DNA of 64,000 nt, taken from positions 4,235,824 through 4,299,823 of the forward strand of contig MU054391.1 in the NCBI GenBank assembly GCA_013239625.1, in the 5' to 3' direction. Under the pieces are notes generated by a model that ran no database searches, was not told where the DNA came from, and saw nothing but the letters and a program-made list of their open reading frames with translations. This document shows, in pieces, positions 1 to 12,895 of this stretch. The translations under genes and the position numbers were made by a program. This stretch comes from Lama guanicoe. Taxonomy: Eukaryota. Each line of letters starts with the position of its first letter. The stretch's first letter is position 1.

Positions 1-496
1 GCGTGGCCAGAGGGCAGGAGGGCCCCTGAGATGCGGGGCTGGCTGTCGGCCTTGGGAGGAAGTCTGGCTCAGGCAGGATCTTACAGCAGCTGTGGGTTAG
101 GGCTGGCGGCCACCTGGACGAGGCAGCAACATGTTTATCAAGCGGGTGATGGGGATGATACACATACAGAAATTTAAGGAAGGAAAGTGGTAATTGCACA
201 GTTTGTCAGAAGGGGCTGAGCTGGGTTGAAATTTAACAACAGAAGTTTGTACCTAAAATGGGGGCTGGCAAGAGCATAAGGGCTCTGGTCTTCAAGAGAA
301 ATGGCCAGGATGTGATCCTGGGGCAAAGACTCAGGAACCAGGACCAAGAAACAGACAAGGAACTGGTTCAGGGAACAAGGCTGAAGTCCAGCTGCTCAAA
401 CTAGGGTGCTGGGCCAGGGGAAGGGTAAGCCATTGACTGCAGTTTGGTGCTGCCAGAGAGGTTAGCAACGAAACGTGTAAGTGAAGTCTGTGCATT

Positions 497-500
<4 letters not shown>

Positions 501-536
<36 letters not shown>
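501..536. repeat. (TA)18 microsatellite
   Basis: Perfect TA dinucleotide run read directly from the sequence. Confidence 0.97.
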
Positions 537-537
<1 letters not shown>

Positions 538-597
538 TACTTTGATTAAAAAAATAAGATGTAAATCTGAATCTATTGTTATTCTGTGATAAACATA

Positions 598-680
598 AGG
601 CATCCAGTCTCTCTGAGCCTCAGTTTCCTCATCTGAAAAACATAACAAACACTATTTATCACAAACCTGCTTTGTGCTGA
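598..680 (+). mobile_element. MIR SINE core fragment
   Basis: ctctctgagcctcagtttcctcatctgaaaaa matches the MIR core. Confidence 0.8.
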
Positions 681-2109
681 CCCCCTGAGGACCTGAGCAA
701 ACATCAACTCTAAACTTCACAGTAATTCTAATCATAAAGGAAAGTTCAATGATCTGGCTTGACCAAGATCAGGTACGGACTCCGTGGTTCTCACGGATGT
801 TATGGGGGTCACCTCCCTCCATACGAGGTTATTGGGAAGCTCCTATTTAAGACATGGTGCCGGTTGGTGTTCGATGGTTTTCTCAAAGGGACTCGGCTCA
901 TTCCTACCCATGAGAACATTATCCTGATGCTGAGACACTTGGGGCTCCAACAAAGGCAGCAAAGGCTCACTTGACGCTTTTGTTTCCCAAGCTTTGTCTC
1001 CTCTCCTGTATTTGACTAGGTGCCAGCTCTGGGAGCTCTACACCTTTCTGCCTGGGTTTCAAGAGCCTGACACTCTGAAAACTCAAAAGAGTGAGGCGAG
1101 CATCTGCAGAGAAGTAAGGACACATTTGCAAGATGCTGCGTGTGGCGCTTTTCTTCCCTCCCTTTCCCCTAAATGCAGAGAGAGTGCAGTGTGACTAATT
1201 ACATCAGAATGGAAAGCAGAAGCTCTCAAGTTAAAGTATTTTGGTAATCATGTTTACCGCGGGTAAAGTACGTCTGCATTAAATAAGTCAAAACACAGTG
1301 CGCAAAATTTGGAATGATTCCTTGAGCACTGCAAGGACGGAGTTAGATGTAGAAATGATATAATGTCCAAGTCGAAGCACTATAAGAGAAGATAAACCAT
1401 CTGCTTCAACTAACTCCGATCCACTTGAAAATGCTAATCGTATGGCAGTAGGATGATTAAACTACATTAGGAGGAAAAAAAACACATTTTCGGTAAGAGA
1501 TACAATGCATGTTTCAGTGAGATTGAGCTGCCCACAGATGGAAGGAATGTTATCACCTAAATTAGGTGACCATCAGTATCAAAATGTGAGTCATAGGTTC
1601 TTAGAAGCCTTATTGATTGCTCAGACTCTGTTCTGCCTCTGTCGTTTGCAGATGGTCCAGAGAATTAACTTGCACAAAGGTCCACGTGTATTTCATGGGG
1701 GATCCAGAGCCCACTCTGGATTTGATGCCCTTACACTGACTCTTTTAGTGGAGACTTGAGTCCTATGTTGAGGGGAAAGTACATCCCAGCCATTGCCCAG
1801 TCACAGCCACGTGGATGATGGGGCCAAAAGAGACCTCCACAAGCTTATAGGTGCAGAGTCCTAGCTCCCCATTTTATGGGCAAAGAAACCATGAGTAAGA
1901 GAGGTGGAGAGCCACCGCTTCCCCCAGCACCACGCCGGGGAAGTGCGCCGCACGCACATGCCACTCTTGACTGGAGCCTGAGGACGCTCTCGGCACAGGT
2001 GTCAGCCTGGGGCACAACCGTCCTTTCCAGCGCCAGCGATGGTGTCACTGATGATATGATAAATGCAGTAATTGTGACAGTGCGATTTTCTGAGCCCCCT
2101 ATATAACTG

Positions 2110-2530
2110 TGGAGCATTTTACCCACGTGATTGCATTTAATCCTACAAAAAAGTTCTGTATTTGGTGGCTAGAGCTGCGATACCAAAGTTCCACAGACTG
2201 AATGACTTAAATGGTAGAAACCTACCAGCTCACACTCCTGGAGGCCAGAAGTCCAAGGTCAAGGACTGCTGTCATATAGGGTTACAGCATCCTGGTCACC
2301 CTGTTTTAACTTGTGAAGTCCCTCTCTTCAGATACGTCACCTTCTGAGGTATGGGGGAGCTAGGACTTCAGTCTACGATTTTCGTGGGGACATAACTCAG
2401 CCCATAGCAGGCTGGCATTATGTTATGAGCCTCGTCCTGGAGACGAGGTAACGGAGGCTCAGCAGAGGTGACTAGTGACCTCATGGTCACAAAGCTGGCA
2501 GGAAGCAGAACTTGCACGAAGCCACGGGAC
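2110..2530 (-). mobile_element. MIR SINE split by an MLT1 LTR insertion
   Basis: MIR-like pieces on both sides of the LTR: gcatttaatcctacaaaa before it and gaggtaacggaggctcagcagaggtgactagtgacctcatggtcacaaagctgg after it. Confidence 0.65.
2157..2409 (-). mobile_element. MaLR MLT1 (A/B/C-type) solo LTR, internally deleted
   Basis: Begins tgtatttggtggctagagctgcgataccaaagttccacagactg, contains ctggaggccagaagtccaaggtcaagg and ends ggggacataactcagcccatagca, the reverse-orientation MLT1 termini. Confidence 0.85.
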
Positions 2531-2574
2531 CTCATGGAAAGCTTTGTTCTTCTTTCTAAAAATACTATGTGCTT

Positions 2575-2602
2575 TTTTGTTTGTTTGTTTGTTTGTTTGT
2601 TT
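2575..2602. repeat. (TTTG)n microsatellite
   Basis: Directly visible tetranucleotide run. Confidence 0.9.
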
Positions 2603-4490
2603 TTCTCTGCATCAGTGAGGAATGGGTCAGGTTCATGGAAAAGACGTGGGTCTCCAGCCAGTTCCTGGAAGCAATCTCTCCTGGATGACCCCATTAGGAG
2701 TCTCTCTTCCCTGAAGGAAATAAGAGGCGGATGTCTGAGTCTCCATCGTGGCAGCTGGAGCCTCACTCTGCACGTCCCTGGAACCCCCCGAGCTGCACTC
2801 CGGATTCTCACGGTCCCCAGCGTGGACTGATGTTCTGAGTCTCAGCCGTTACCAGCTCATCAGTGTGGGAACAAAAAGCTGGGCACAGCCGGTTAGGAAG
2901 CCAAGAGGATATCCTGCCTTCAACTGGGGGAACTAATGACTGCAAACACACATCACTCACTCAGGCAAGGGATTTCTTCTGACAGGGCAAATTTCAGGGA
3001 GGGAAGGGAGGAGGCTACGCTTGGGAAGAGAGAAAGATTGGGGCAGGAGGACCAGCAGCTGGCCCAGAGAGACCTGGAACTGAAATGCCGGAAAGTCATC
3101 AAAGGAGGAAAGATGAGAAGCAGGTTGCTGGTTAGAAAGAGAACAAGAAGCTGAAAGTCAGTTAGATCCATCAAAGCAAAATCAGTCTGGTTACAGCATC
3201 CTTTTCTCCAAGATTTCTGTATAATTCGTCCAGGGTGAAATTCACTTCCTTACGAGTCAGCTCTATACGAATTCCACAGGGAATTTAAGACCAGGTGAAA
3301 CAAGCAAGACAACCGAGGTATGAATCACAGGTAGGACGTGACGTTCTGCACATAAGACAGTGGGAATTAAGGCTGGGTTTGCGTCCTGCAACCCTCGGCT
3401 TGCTCACTGTTTCCAATCATCTCTCGAGCGTCAGTCTCGACGTCATAACATGTGCATCATGACAGTGTCCTGAAAAGAAGTGATAATTCAAAGAGATAAA
3501 ATGAATGGACGTGTCAGTGAGCTTTGCACATATGAGGTGCTCAACACACGTTTTATAATAAGACATGATTGCATGGTAAGGGAGGGACAGCTGGGAGCAG
3601 GGCTGCTGTTTGTAACTCAGTCCTCCCTCTTCTGCACCGAAAGAGAAAATGCCTGAAGAAGAGGCTGCGTCATGAAATAGAGAAATAACCCCCCCTCAAG
3701 TCAAGACACTGCAAGAAAAACTCTTGAAGAGCAGGGTTCCAGCGAGGCCAGTTGGGCACGTGGACAATCAGCTATTGCGCAGCGTGGCCGCTTGGCCGGT
3801 GGGACCGTGTGGACTCCTGTAGGAGAGACAGCGAGTCCCGGACACCAACGAGAGGGACAGCAGAATGGGCAGTACTGGTGGCTGTGACTTTCATCCACTC
3901 TTAAAATGGGGCGTTTGGGGTCTTCAGCTGCTGGGATGATTTTGGCTGGGCACAGTGCTGCCCTGTCAATTCCTTGTTCTGTTGCACGTTGTTCAAAAAG
4001 GCCTCTGGTAAGTGGAAAATTCTACCATCCCTGCCTGGTAGACGCAGGGGCTCAGGAGTGCTGAGCACAGGCAATGATGCTGACTGAGTTGCAATCCCCA
4101 TCCCCTGTGTGCACGGCACGTTCAGTTCTCCAAGCATCCGCATGAGCTATTAGTCTCCCGTTTTCCAAATGAGAGGAGTCTCTCCAAGTGGCTTGCCTGT
4201 CGGGATGTAGCCAAGTTAGGATGTAAACTTTGGTCTGTCTAAGGCCAACATCCATCATCTTTACTTTTATAACAAAAAACAACCACTTACATGGCATTGC
4301 CTGTGTGCCAGGTGTGGTTTGGGCATCTTAACTCAGTCTTTCTACAGGCCTGTCCAGTGGGGAGGCAGGTACCGCTATCACTGTTTTATAGCTGAGGATC
4401 CAGGTGAATGGATGGTTTGAGTCAGGCACAGTTATTAAGGAAAAAACCTGAGATTTCATCCCAGGTGTCTGTCTCCCCAGAACCTCACCC

Positions 4491-4829
4491 TGGTATCACT
4501 GTGCTGGGGCTGTCATAACAAAGTCCCACAGGTGGGGAGCTTAAACAGTAGAAATTTATGTTCTCATAGTTTGGGGGACTAGACATCTAAGATCAAGGTG
4601 TCAGCAGGACTCCCTCCTTGAGTCACACGTGGCCACCTCCTCTCTGTGCCCTCACTGCCTCTGCCACAGGGCCTTCCTTTTACAAGTGTCTCCATCTTAA
4701 TCTCTTCTTATGAGGATGCTGGTCATACTGGATCGGGGTGCACTGCAGTGACCTCAGTCACATTCTGCAGTGCGAGGGACTGAGACGTCCATGTGTAGGT
4801 TTTGCAGTGACACGGTTCAGTCCACAACC
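4491..4829 (-). mobile_element. MaLR MLT1A/B-type solo LTR
   Basis: ggggctgtcataacaaagtcccacaggtggggagcttaaacagtagaaatttatgttctcatagtt...aagatcaaggtgtcagcagg...gacacggttcagtccacaac. Confidence 0.85.
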
Positions 4830-5249
4830 ACCACCGGACTGGGCTGCATTTCTCGCCAGTGGCACCATTTCCAATGTCAGTCTTGAAGCCTTGCTTTTAC
4901 GCTCTTCTACCAGAGCCTCGACCCTGCGGCTGCAACGGCCCGTACCTGCAGCCTGGTACCTCTTGCACTGACATATGAGTGTTGAACGTAGCAGACAGTG
5001 AGGCCTACTGCTCCCCAGAAATTCTCACCCCATACTTCAGATAGTATGAAGTACCTACTGACTGATCCGCCAAGTGTTCTTTTCCCCAAAGTCACCGTTC
5101 TCTATTTATGAATTTTAAAAAACTTATGTGAACAGACCGAGACAGTTGGGGAAGGCCAAAGGTAGAGCTGGAAGTTAGCTATGTTGCCTCTGGGTAAAAT
5201 AAAACAGCTTGCTGTGTACTCTGAAGTTGGAGTCACAAAAATCTACATT

Positions 5250-5500
5250 TTGACATGAGAAAATATTTGTTTTAACATTAAGACAAAATAGGGAAATAAA
5301 AATTACATGTAAACATGGCCATGCTTAAAAATATAAAACTATAAATAAGAAATAAAAGATGGGAAGGAAGTAAATCAAATTGTTTGCATTGGTTGTCTTC
5401 CAGCCATGGTGCAGGAGTGATTTTTCTCTTGAAATTTCTCCCTCGTAAAAAATTCATTTTTATAAGTAGATAATACTTTAGAGTAGAATAAGTAATAATA
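5250..5500 (+). mobile_element. Old L1M (ME/MC-type) 3' UTR fragment
   Basis: A-rich tract with ggaaggaagtaaatcaaattgtttgcattggttgtcttcc...gagtgatttttctctt, typical of old L1M 3' ends. Confidence 0.55.
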
Positions 5501-7433
5501 TTTTAAAATAACCAACAGTGTCTTAAGAATGATTGCCTAATGATTAAACTTCTTTTTGGACTGAAGAACCTGTGTCAGGAAGATCTACCATCTCACCGCA
5601 AGCACGCCATGACTTCGCGCTTGTTCGTGATGCTAATTGCACGTCATTAATGTGCAGATACATGCAGTGAATGTTCTCGGCAAAGCACTCTCACAAAACT
5701 CAATTATTTGATTCTCAAAGCCACCTCATCCAGGTAACGGAACGGTGACTACTATTAAACCAGGGCAGAAGGAGATAAAAGACCAAGAGTGTCAGAGGGC
5801 TGGGGGTCAGGGAGACACCTGGCCACGAAGTGTGTATTCTTCTAGCTTTCTGTGTGCTTTGATGCCAAGAATATGTGTCTAAATTTCTCTCTAAAGCTGT
5901 AGGGTTAATTTTAAGTAGAATAGATTATATAAATGATCGGTTCCAGTTTTATTAATGGCAGTACAGACTTTCATTTTTAATATGCATCTTTAGCCATTTT
6001 ACCATGGTGTAGTTCTTTACCAAATTGTAACACACTGGAGTTGACCAATGTATTCATCTCTACCTCCAGCTTAATCTCTTTTGGAACAGCTCTGAAAAAT
6101 CTTGCAGGCATGCCATGAAGATATTTAAATTCGTGTCAGATACAGGATTAAAGATGAAGACTGTCGCTCTATCTGCACCAGCCCTCGGAAGGTCCAGACC
6201 TTTGCACAGAGTTGTGCTTGTCTGAAGTGCGTGTGCACACCATGCACCGCCGCCGCCTGATGTGAGCCCAGGGGTCTCCTCGATGCCCGGCCAGGGCCAG
6301 GGGCCGCTGAGTGGCTCAGGCTCCCATCCCAGTTTTGTTACCAACTGTGGAATTATATGAGAACCTACAGGATGTCCCTGTGTGAGTACATTGTACACCG
6401 ATAGCTCTGGGGCTTAGGTAATTTTCTGTTTGTTTGTTTTACATGCTTTAGTTATGTTTAGTTTGTTTAGTTCTGCTATTTGCCTAGTTTTAAATCTCTG
6501 GTTTGACTCTAAGAACATTTAGAGACTGTGGTTTGTCTATAAGAGAAGTTAGAGATCACTGATGCTTGATTAAAGTTTTAAACAAAATTTTTTTTCCTCA
6601 TTTATATTTTAAACTTTTGCAACAGATTCATAAATTAAGTCCTGAGGATACAAGGCAAACTTTTTCTAAAAAATCACTATTTGCATGTTCCTATCTGTAC
6701 AGATCGAGGTATTTTAATTTTGTTCAGCCAGAACAAAATACTGAAATAAATTAGATGCTAAAAATGAGGCTGAGCTATTATCAATAACCCTAATTTCAAA
6801 TGCTTATGCTGCGAAACAGTCTCATTCTGTAATTGCTGGATATAATCATAAAATATTACAGATGTAAATTTACAAAATACATTTGTAGTAAGAAAACACC
6901 GGTTTCACCTGCTTTACATTTTAGGGACCTACCCAATAGCTTATTTGAAAATACTATTTTCTTTCCTAAAAGCTTGAAAAACATTAAAGCAGACCAGTAC
7001 CATACTAACCCTGCTTCCAAAAGCAGAAATTGCTTATGTTGCAACGCTGTTTTCAGTTTCCCAGAATTCACGATCTTGTTGATCATTGGGTATTTGCAGC
7101 CTTTCCCATGTTGTCTGAGTTCTTTCAAGCTGAACCAGGATTTTGGATTTTCCCTGGGAAATAACCATTGACTCATCATATCTGTTGCTATTCTTTAGCT
7201 TGGTGATCCTTTGTGACAGCTGTCCCCAAGACCTGTTCCACCGAGGTCGGTGTAAACAGAGTCCCCTTCTCCTGTGAACCACTTCACAGAGGATGTTGCC
7301 ATCTCCCTCACCTTCACTTTCAAGATGTCATACGAAGTCAGATTCCTAGACCCGGAAGTTATAAAAGACTTTCAATATAGACGAAAAGAACTTGGCCTTC
7401 CATCATACCAGTCCCACTAGAGACGAATGAGGG

Positions 7434-7950
7434 CAGTGCTTCCCCTTAGGAGGAATCCTGAAAATTCTGGTGTCCTTATCCTGTCACAGTTTGGGGGTGG
7501 AGTTTATTGGCATCTGGTAGACGAGGGTCAGGGATGCTGGGTGCCCTCCAGTTCACAGAACACTAATTTTAGCGATTAAAAAAAAAAGTCTCTATCTTGT
7601 GAACCTTTCAAATCCCTCACCAGAAATTCATGCTGGTGAAAATCTGTTTAAAATTATTTGAACCTAGAATCTGATTTCATTTTACAAATATAAACACACA
7701 GCTGTCTTTGCAAAGCTTTATTAATACTTCATAATTGAAGGGAAGATTATATTTTGTCTTGTGGGAATTTTACCAATAATTTGTCACAAGTCAGAAAACA
7801 TCTTACCATTATGGCAACACGGCCTGTGGGATTTGGGTGGCCACTCAGCACCTGGATCAGTTCTCAGTTTTAACTGTCACAGTCACAGCCGTTCTGTGCA
7901 CAGAAGCAAACATCTCCCTGCTACATTGTCCCCTTTTAGTATTTCTCCTA
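7434..7950 (+). mobile_element. MER20B-like hAT-Charlie DNA transposon
   Basis: ctgtcacagtttgggggtgg...ggcatctggtagacgagggtcagggatgctg...attcatgctggtgaaaatctgtttaaaattatttgaacctagaa...gaagggaagattatattttgtcttgtgggaattttaccaa is colinear with MER20B as I recall it. Confidence 0.8.
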
Positions 7951-8130
7951 AATATTACAAGAAGGGGGAGTGCAGAGTTATATATAGTTATATATTGATT
8001 TTTAACTTCAAAGACAGAAACTCAGAGGGTGGAATTAAATACACTATATAATCACCATCAGTTCATGCAAGCCTCTCTTGTTTTATAATTATCTTTTGTT
8101 TTCATAACACACTTCCACACCCAATATGAC

Positions 8131-8136
8131 TATATA

Positions 8137-8168
<32 letters not shown>
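8131..8168. repeat. Compound (TA)n(TG)n(TA)n microsatellite
   Basis: Directly visible. Confidence 0.92.
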
Positions 8169-8169
8169 A

Positions 8170-9050
8170 AGTGGTATCTTTCTGTGAGTATGTGAATTTT
8201 TGAGATGGAAATTATTGACACGGTGGCCATGGTGTTGCACCCTTTTCCTTACATCTCCATTGAGCATCACATCTTTAAGATGCATCCAAGGTGCTGCGTG
8301 TGCTTCGAAGCACCCAGCATCTGAGCCCCGCCCCTGACTGCTGCTTCCCCCACTTTGCTGCCTTTTAAACACCCTACCCAGGAGGACCAGGTGGTTTCCA
8401 GTTCCCACCACCAGGAAAGCAACCAGTGAGCACCCTTGCCCGTGCCTTCCTATAGATACGTGAGCATTTCTTAGGGACAGCCCGAGGGAAAGGGTTGCTG
8501 GAGTCACAGGCTGCAGCCACACTTAAGCTGATTGGTTAGTATCAAGTGGTCTTCAGAAAGGCCGCTCAGTCCACGTTCCCCACCAGAGGACACGCCCTCT
8601 GTCCCCACCCTTGTCAACCTTCAACATCATGCTCTTTTATGGCCTTTTTTCAATGGAGGGAGAGAGGCTAACAGACTTGAAGTCATAATTTTTTGGTATT
8701 TCCTACTTCTCTGATTGCTAATGACTGGAAACCTCTTCATAGACTTGTTAGGAGCTTCGTCCATTATTCAGATATTGATCTCTTGTCAGTTTTAGCCATG
8801 CAATTATCCCCCCACCCCGTTCCCTTTTGGAGAGAAAACTTTAATTTTGAGGTAATCAAATTAATCAGTTCCTGTCTCATATTCAGAGCTCTGGAAGTTG
8901 TTAAAAGTCCTCAGCTTCCCTTAATCTCGAAGAAGATACCATCTTTCATTTTTAAATTGATGTTAGTGTTTTATCATCAGCATTTAAGTTGTGCAACATG
9001 CAGCTCCGTGTGGCGGTCCTGGTGCCCCTACCCCTTTCAGATCCTTGATT
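8170..9050 (-). mobile_element. Old L1M (ME-type) 3' region
   Basis: Reverse L1 3' hallmarks: ggtggtttccagtt, agggttgctggagtcacagg, ctctgattgctaatgactggaaacctcttcatagacttgtt, ttttaattttgaggtaatcaaattaatcagt. Confidence 0.75.
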
Positions 9051-10429
9051 CCTTAAGCCCAGCTCTCTGTTCTGCAGGAACACCGTCCTGTGGGCATCGC
9101 AGTGGCTTTGCACCGCGTCTGAACAGCGGCCTTTGTGACGAGGAGACCTGGGACAGCTGAGGCAGCCTCAAGTCCCTAAAAGAGTCAAGTCCACACGGAC
9201 TGTAGGGAGACCTGGTGTGACCCTGCGCCCTCGGAACCTCACTGAGTTCCCCGGTTTTATATAAACCTGTCCTGGGCTGGTGCGGTCCACGTCCAGGTGA
9301 GCTGCAGGCCCAGGACCAAAGGCACAAGAGAGATCCTCGCGAGGCTGCGCACCTAATCTCTCCTGAGTATGTGGCAGCTCTGCTGATGCGAAACGCAAAA
9401 CACAGGTGGGCTTGGGCGTTCTTGGCTCCCCGGAGTCACCTCCAAGAAGCGAAATCAGGGAGTCCCTGCAGCTTCTGTATCAGCTCTCTCCTGCGACCCT
9501 GCTCACCCGCTGCCCACGGTATTGCTTCAGCCCTGCCTCTGGCTCCAGCTGCACGCAGGGGCACTTTCTGCTGCCCCTTGCTTTCTGTCCTGGGGCTTCT
9601 CTGTTGCTGCCACTGGGAGGGAGCCCTGAGGCACCCGCTGAGCTCCGCCCAGGCATGTCCAAACAGAAGACCCAGGAAACTCATACCCACGGAGCACTCC
9701 TCAAACGTTAGAGGCCGGGGGCCAAAAGCTCACAGCTACACCCTTGTCCTCTGCCTCCGCATTTGCAGACGCTTCTGAGGCCCCGGGGTCCCCGGCATGA
9801 TCAGCTGACCACATGCCCTGCAGCTAGCTCCCCACCTCCCTGGTCCCACTCTTTCCTGATCCCGCTTCCCTGAATCCATGTCTCTGTCTTAAACTCGCTT
9901 TTCAGGGTCACTGGCTAAGGTAGAGTGACCACCCAAAACTGTTCTTCACATTTTGTAATTGTCTTTGTAGCCTGGCCCCCGGCTTATGGCTGATGGATTC
10001 CACGAGTCACATATCAAATTCAGCTGAAAGTCCTCCTACTGAGACCAAGTTACAATCTGCATGTGATACTGAGGATCTAGCAGTGCAGACAAAGCATCAG
10101 CGTCGAGCCCGGCAGTCACAATGGACAGGAGCCCTTCTTTTTATAATTCAGCAGAGATCATGTTCTTTCACTCTGAGCAGCAGTAAGTTCCAGCTTCCTC
10201 TATGTGCAGAGAAAAACTTACACAAGGCTGTTTGTAAACTAACCAGGTGGAGGAGAGAAACAGAGCATCAGACCAGGTCTTCCCTTGAGCAGTGCCCATC
10301 CAGGCAGATATGCAGGTAGTGTCTCCCTGGCAGGCATCACAGTGCTTTGTCCACCACAGCTCAAGGGCCACATTCCACATCCTTCTCCTTTGAGGAAAAC
10401 AAGCAGCCACTATAGCTGGTCACATTTGA

Positions 10430-10590
10430 CATTCACAGGAAAACCTATGTGTTTAGTAAGAACTCCGCATTTCACAGGTGAGAAGACAGGTCCAGAAAGG
10501 AGGTAGGACTTTCCCAAAGTAACCTGGCAAATGAACAGCAGAGTTTGGACAAGAACTCATGGCTACTGATACAGTGTTCTTTCCTCCTGC
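10430..10590 (-). mobile_element. MIR SINE
   Basis: catttcacaggtgagaagacaggtccagaaaggaggtaggactttcccaaagtaac. Confidence 0.7.
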
Positions 10591-11004
10591 GTTCATTCAT
10601 TTACTCATCTGTCCATTCATGCAATGCTCTTTCCCAATCATTTTCCATCCCCACCAATGCATGGGCCAACCCCCCGACCATGGATGCAGTGCCTCTTCCT
10701 CACTGGGTAATTGCTTGACTGATTCATTCATTTAGTCATATCTTTAGTAAACAAAAAAACCTTAGCAGACAGTGAGACCAGAGGTCACCCATCACTAGAA
10801 TTTAATAGTCACAGAAAACAAATACCTCAGCATTATTCCTACTGGACTGTGAGCTTCCTGCACGCAGGAACCAGTTCCATGGCCGCTGTGGTCCCACCAC
10901 CACTCCCATCTTATCCTCTCCCCTGCTAAATCAACAGATGCCCTGAGGAGCTCTGAAACTTCCTGTGGTATTGAGGAGTGGCTTGAAAACTCCTAAAAAT
11001 GACA

Positions 11005-11470
11005 TTTATCAGTCAGGGTTTAAGTTGGAAAACAAAGTCACTTTGAGTATCTCAAGCAGAGGTGATTAGTGCAAGAACTAGATTACGTGGGTCATGGACA
11101 GTGGCACATCCCGATGGGGCTTGATGTGGTGAGCGAGCGATGGGGAACAGGAAGCCGCTACCTGACAGAGGACAGAAGAGTCAAAAAAGATGTGATCTGC
11201 AGCAACATGAGAACCGAGGTCACCCAGTGAAAATTCAGATGGGGGAGCACCTCTATGGTGGACGACCCGATCGCCACGGGGTCCACCATCCTGGGAGATG
11301 AAAAGAGCCTGGGGCCTCCCTTTCTCCCAGCTTCCAGTTGCCCACTAGGGCTCCCCATGGACCAAACTGAGCTCAACTCCAGCTGCGCCAGGGGACTGGT
11401 CAGCCTCAAGGGATTCAAGCAGAGCAGAAGAGCAAGGAATGGGTCTCCGGGAAAAGATCCCAAGGCCCAC
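11005..11470 (-). mobile_element. ERVL-class LTR (LTR33-like)
   Basis: tatcagtcagggtttaagttggaaaacaaagtcactttgagtatctcaagcagagg at the start and cttccagttgcccactagggctccccatggaccaaactgagctcaactccagctg later on. Confidence 0.65.
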
Positions 11471-12659
11471 ATGAAGCTCGCAGCCCCTTCAAGTTCTGTC
11501 ATCCGAGGTCTCTGCGCTCGGTGTGGTCAGACCCACACTCCAGAGCCCAGTCCAGCGCTTCCTGGAAGTGCCTTGCTTCTTGAAAGAGGGATCAAGAATG
11601 TGAGATTCCTCGCCCGATTTTTTTTTTAAGTTTGCTAAACAAATGCAAATACACTATTCTAGATAGTGCTGTAAAACCCAAGGTGAATGCCTACACAGTG
11701 GGATAAAACAAATATTTGTGTAAAGAAAGAGATTTGGGTTTATAATCCTAAAAGGAAATTTTCTCATCAAGTTAAAATACAGGTGAACCTATGTGATTAG
11801 GAAACAATGCACTTTATTTAGTTCCGTGTCCTCCAAACAGTGTAGTTTCTCACGTGCACAACCCTAAATCCACGTCTCAAAGGGAGCGTGGCAAGGAGGA
11901 ACCAGAGAGAAGAGACATTTCCGACAGGCATGCAGGGTAACAGAGTAGATGGTGAAGGAAATGATGTCCCCTAAATGGAAAGCAGTGTCGTTGGAAGGAC
12001 ATGGAAGGTTGTGCCTCATTATGGAAGTCAAGCAGTAGAAAGGTGGTCACACCGTATAGTCACGTACTTTCCATGAGACAAAGAGGAAAGAGACTGGCGT
12101 TCGGGTGGTAGAAAGAAGAACTGAGTAACACATGCACACGCACCCCACCCACATGTATGTATGTAAATTAGCTCATGTATTTATCTATATAAGACCTTCA
12201 TTTAGTAAGTGCCCACCATGTAACAGATTCTAGATTAGATAAAGGACGTAATTTAAATAATTTCTTCTTAACATGTGATACGCCTTCCTCGTGCCAATAT
12301 TCATGTAAGTGTCACTTAGCTAAGAGGGACAAACGGCTTGCTCAAGGACACACTGCCAATAACTCCAGAACCTTCTGTGTGACTCCAAATTCTGTTCTTA
12401 CCACTCAGCACCACCATTTTATAGGGATGTACTAGGAACCAATTTAAATAAGGCTTTGGTTTCGCCCAACGTCTTGGCATTTAACTATAGTTTAAGCTTA
12501 CCTTATACCACAAGGTAAAATGCTGGCGTCAGTGCTACTGTTAACTGCTATTGTGATCGCCCGTCAAGAAGTAAGGAAACCAAACAGCCTCTTAGCTGGG
12601 CATTGGGAACCATTCTATGTAATGTTTTCGTTTTTTCTTGAACATTTAACCAGACTGCA

Positions 12660-12895
12660 CGCCGAGCAGCCTGCGAAGTGGCCTCACGCACATTACTTGA
12701 TTTCTTCCCTTCAGCAGCCTCACAGGGTAAGTACTATGATTTCTCTTTTACAAACAGGAAAACAGAGAGGATGGTGATTTTAAGCTTTCCCGAAGACCCC
12801 CGGGCTGGGGCTGACAGAGCCGGAATGCGGAGCAGCCCTCGGACCCCGCGCCCCACCGTGGCCCCTCCTCCGTGCCGGCCGCCGGGATTGCAGCC
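12660..12895 (-). mobile_element. MIR SINE with a strongly GC-enriched distal half
   Basis: cacattacttgatttcttcccttcagcagcctcacagggtaagtactatgatttctcttttacaaacaggaaaacagag, continuing into cccgaagacccccgggctggggctgacagagccggaatgcgg. Confidence 0.75.

Noticed and set aside
1253..1267. Inverted repeat TTTACC-gcg-GGTAAA
   Set aside because: The arms are only 6 bp, which is too short to distinguish from chance.
6856..7282. Overlapping ORFs of about 80-110 aa on both strands as a coding exon
   Set aside because: No recognisable protein similarity and no convincing splice-site pair.
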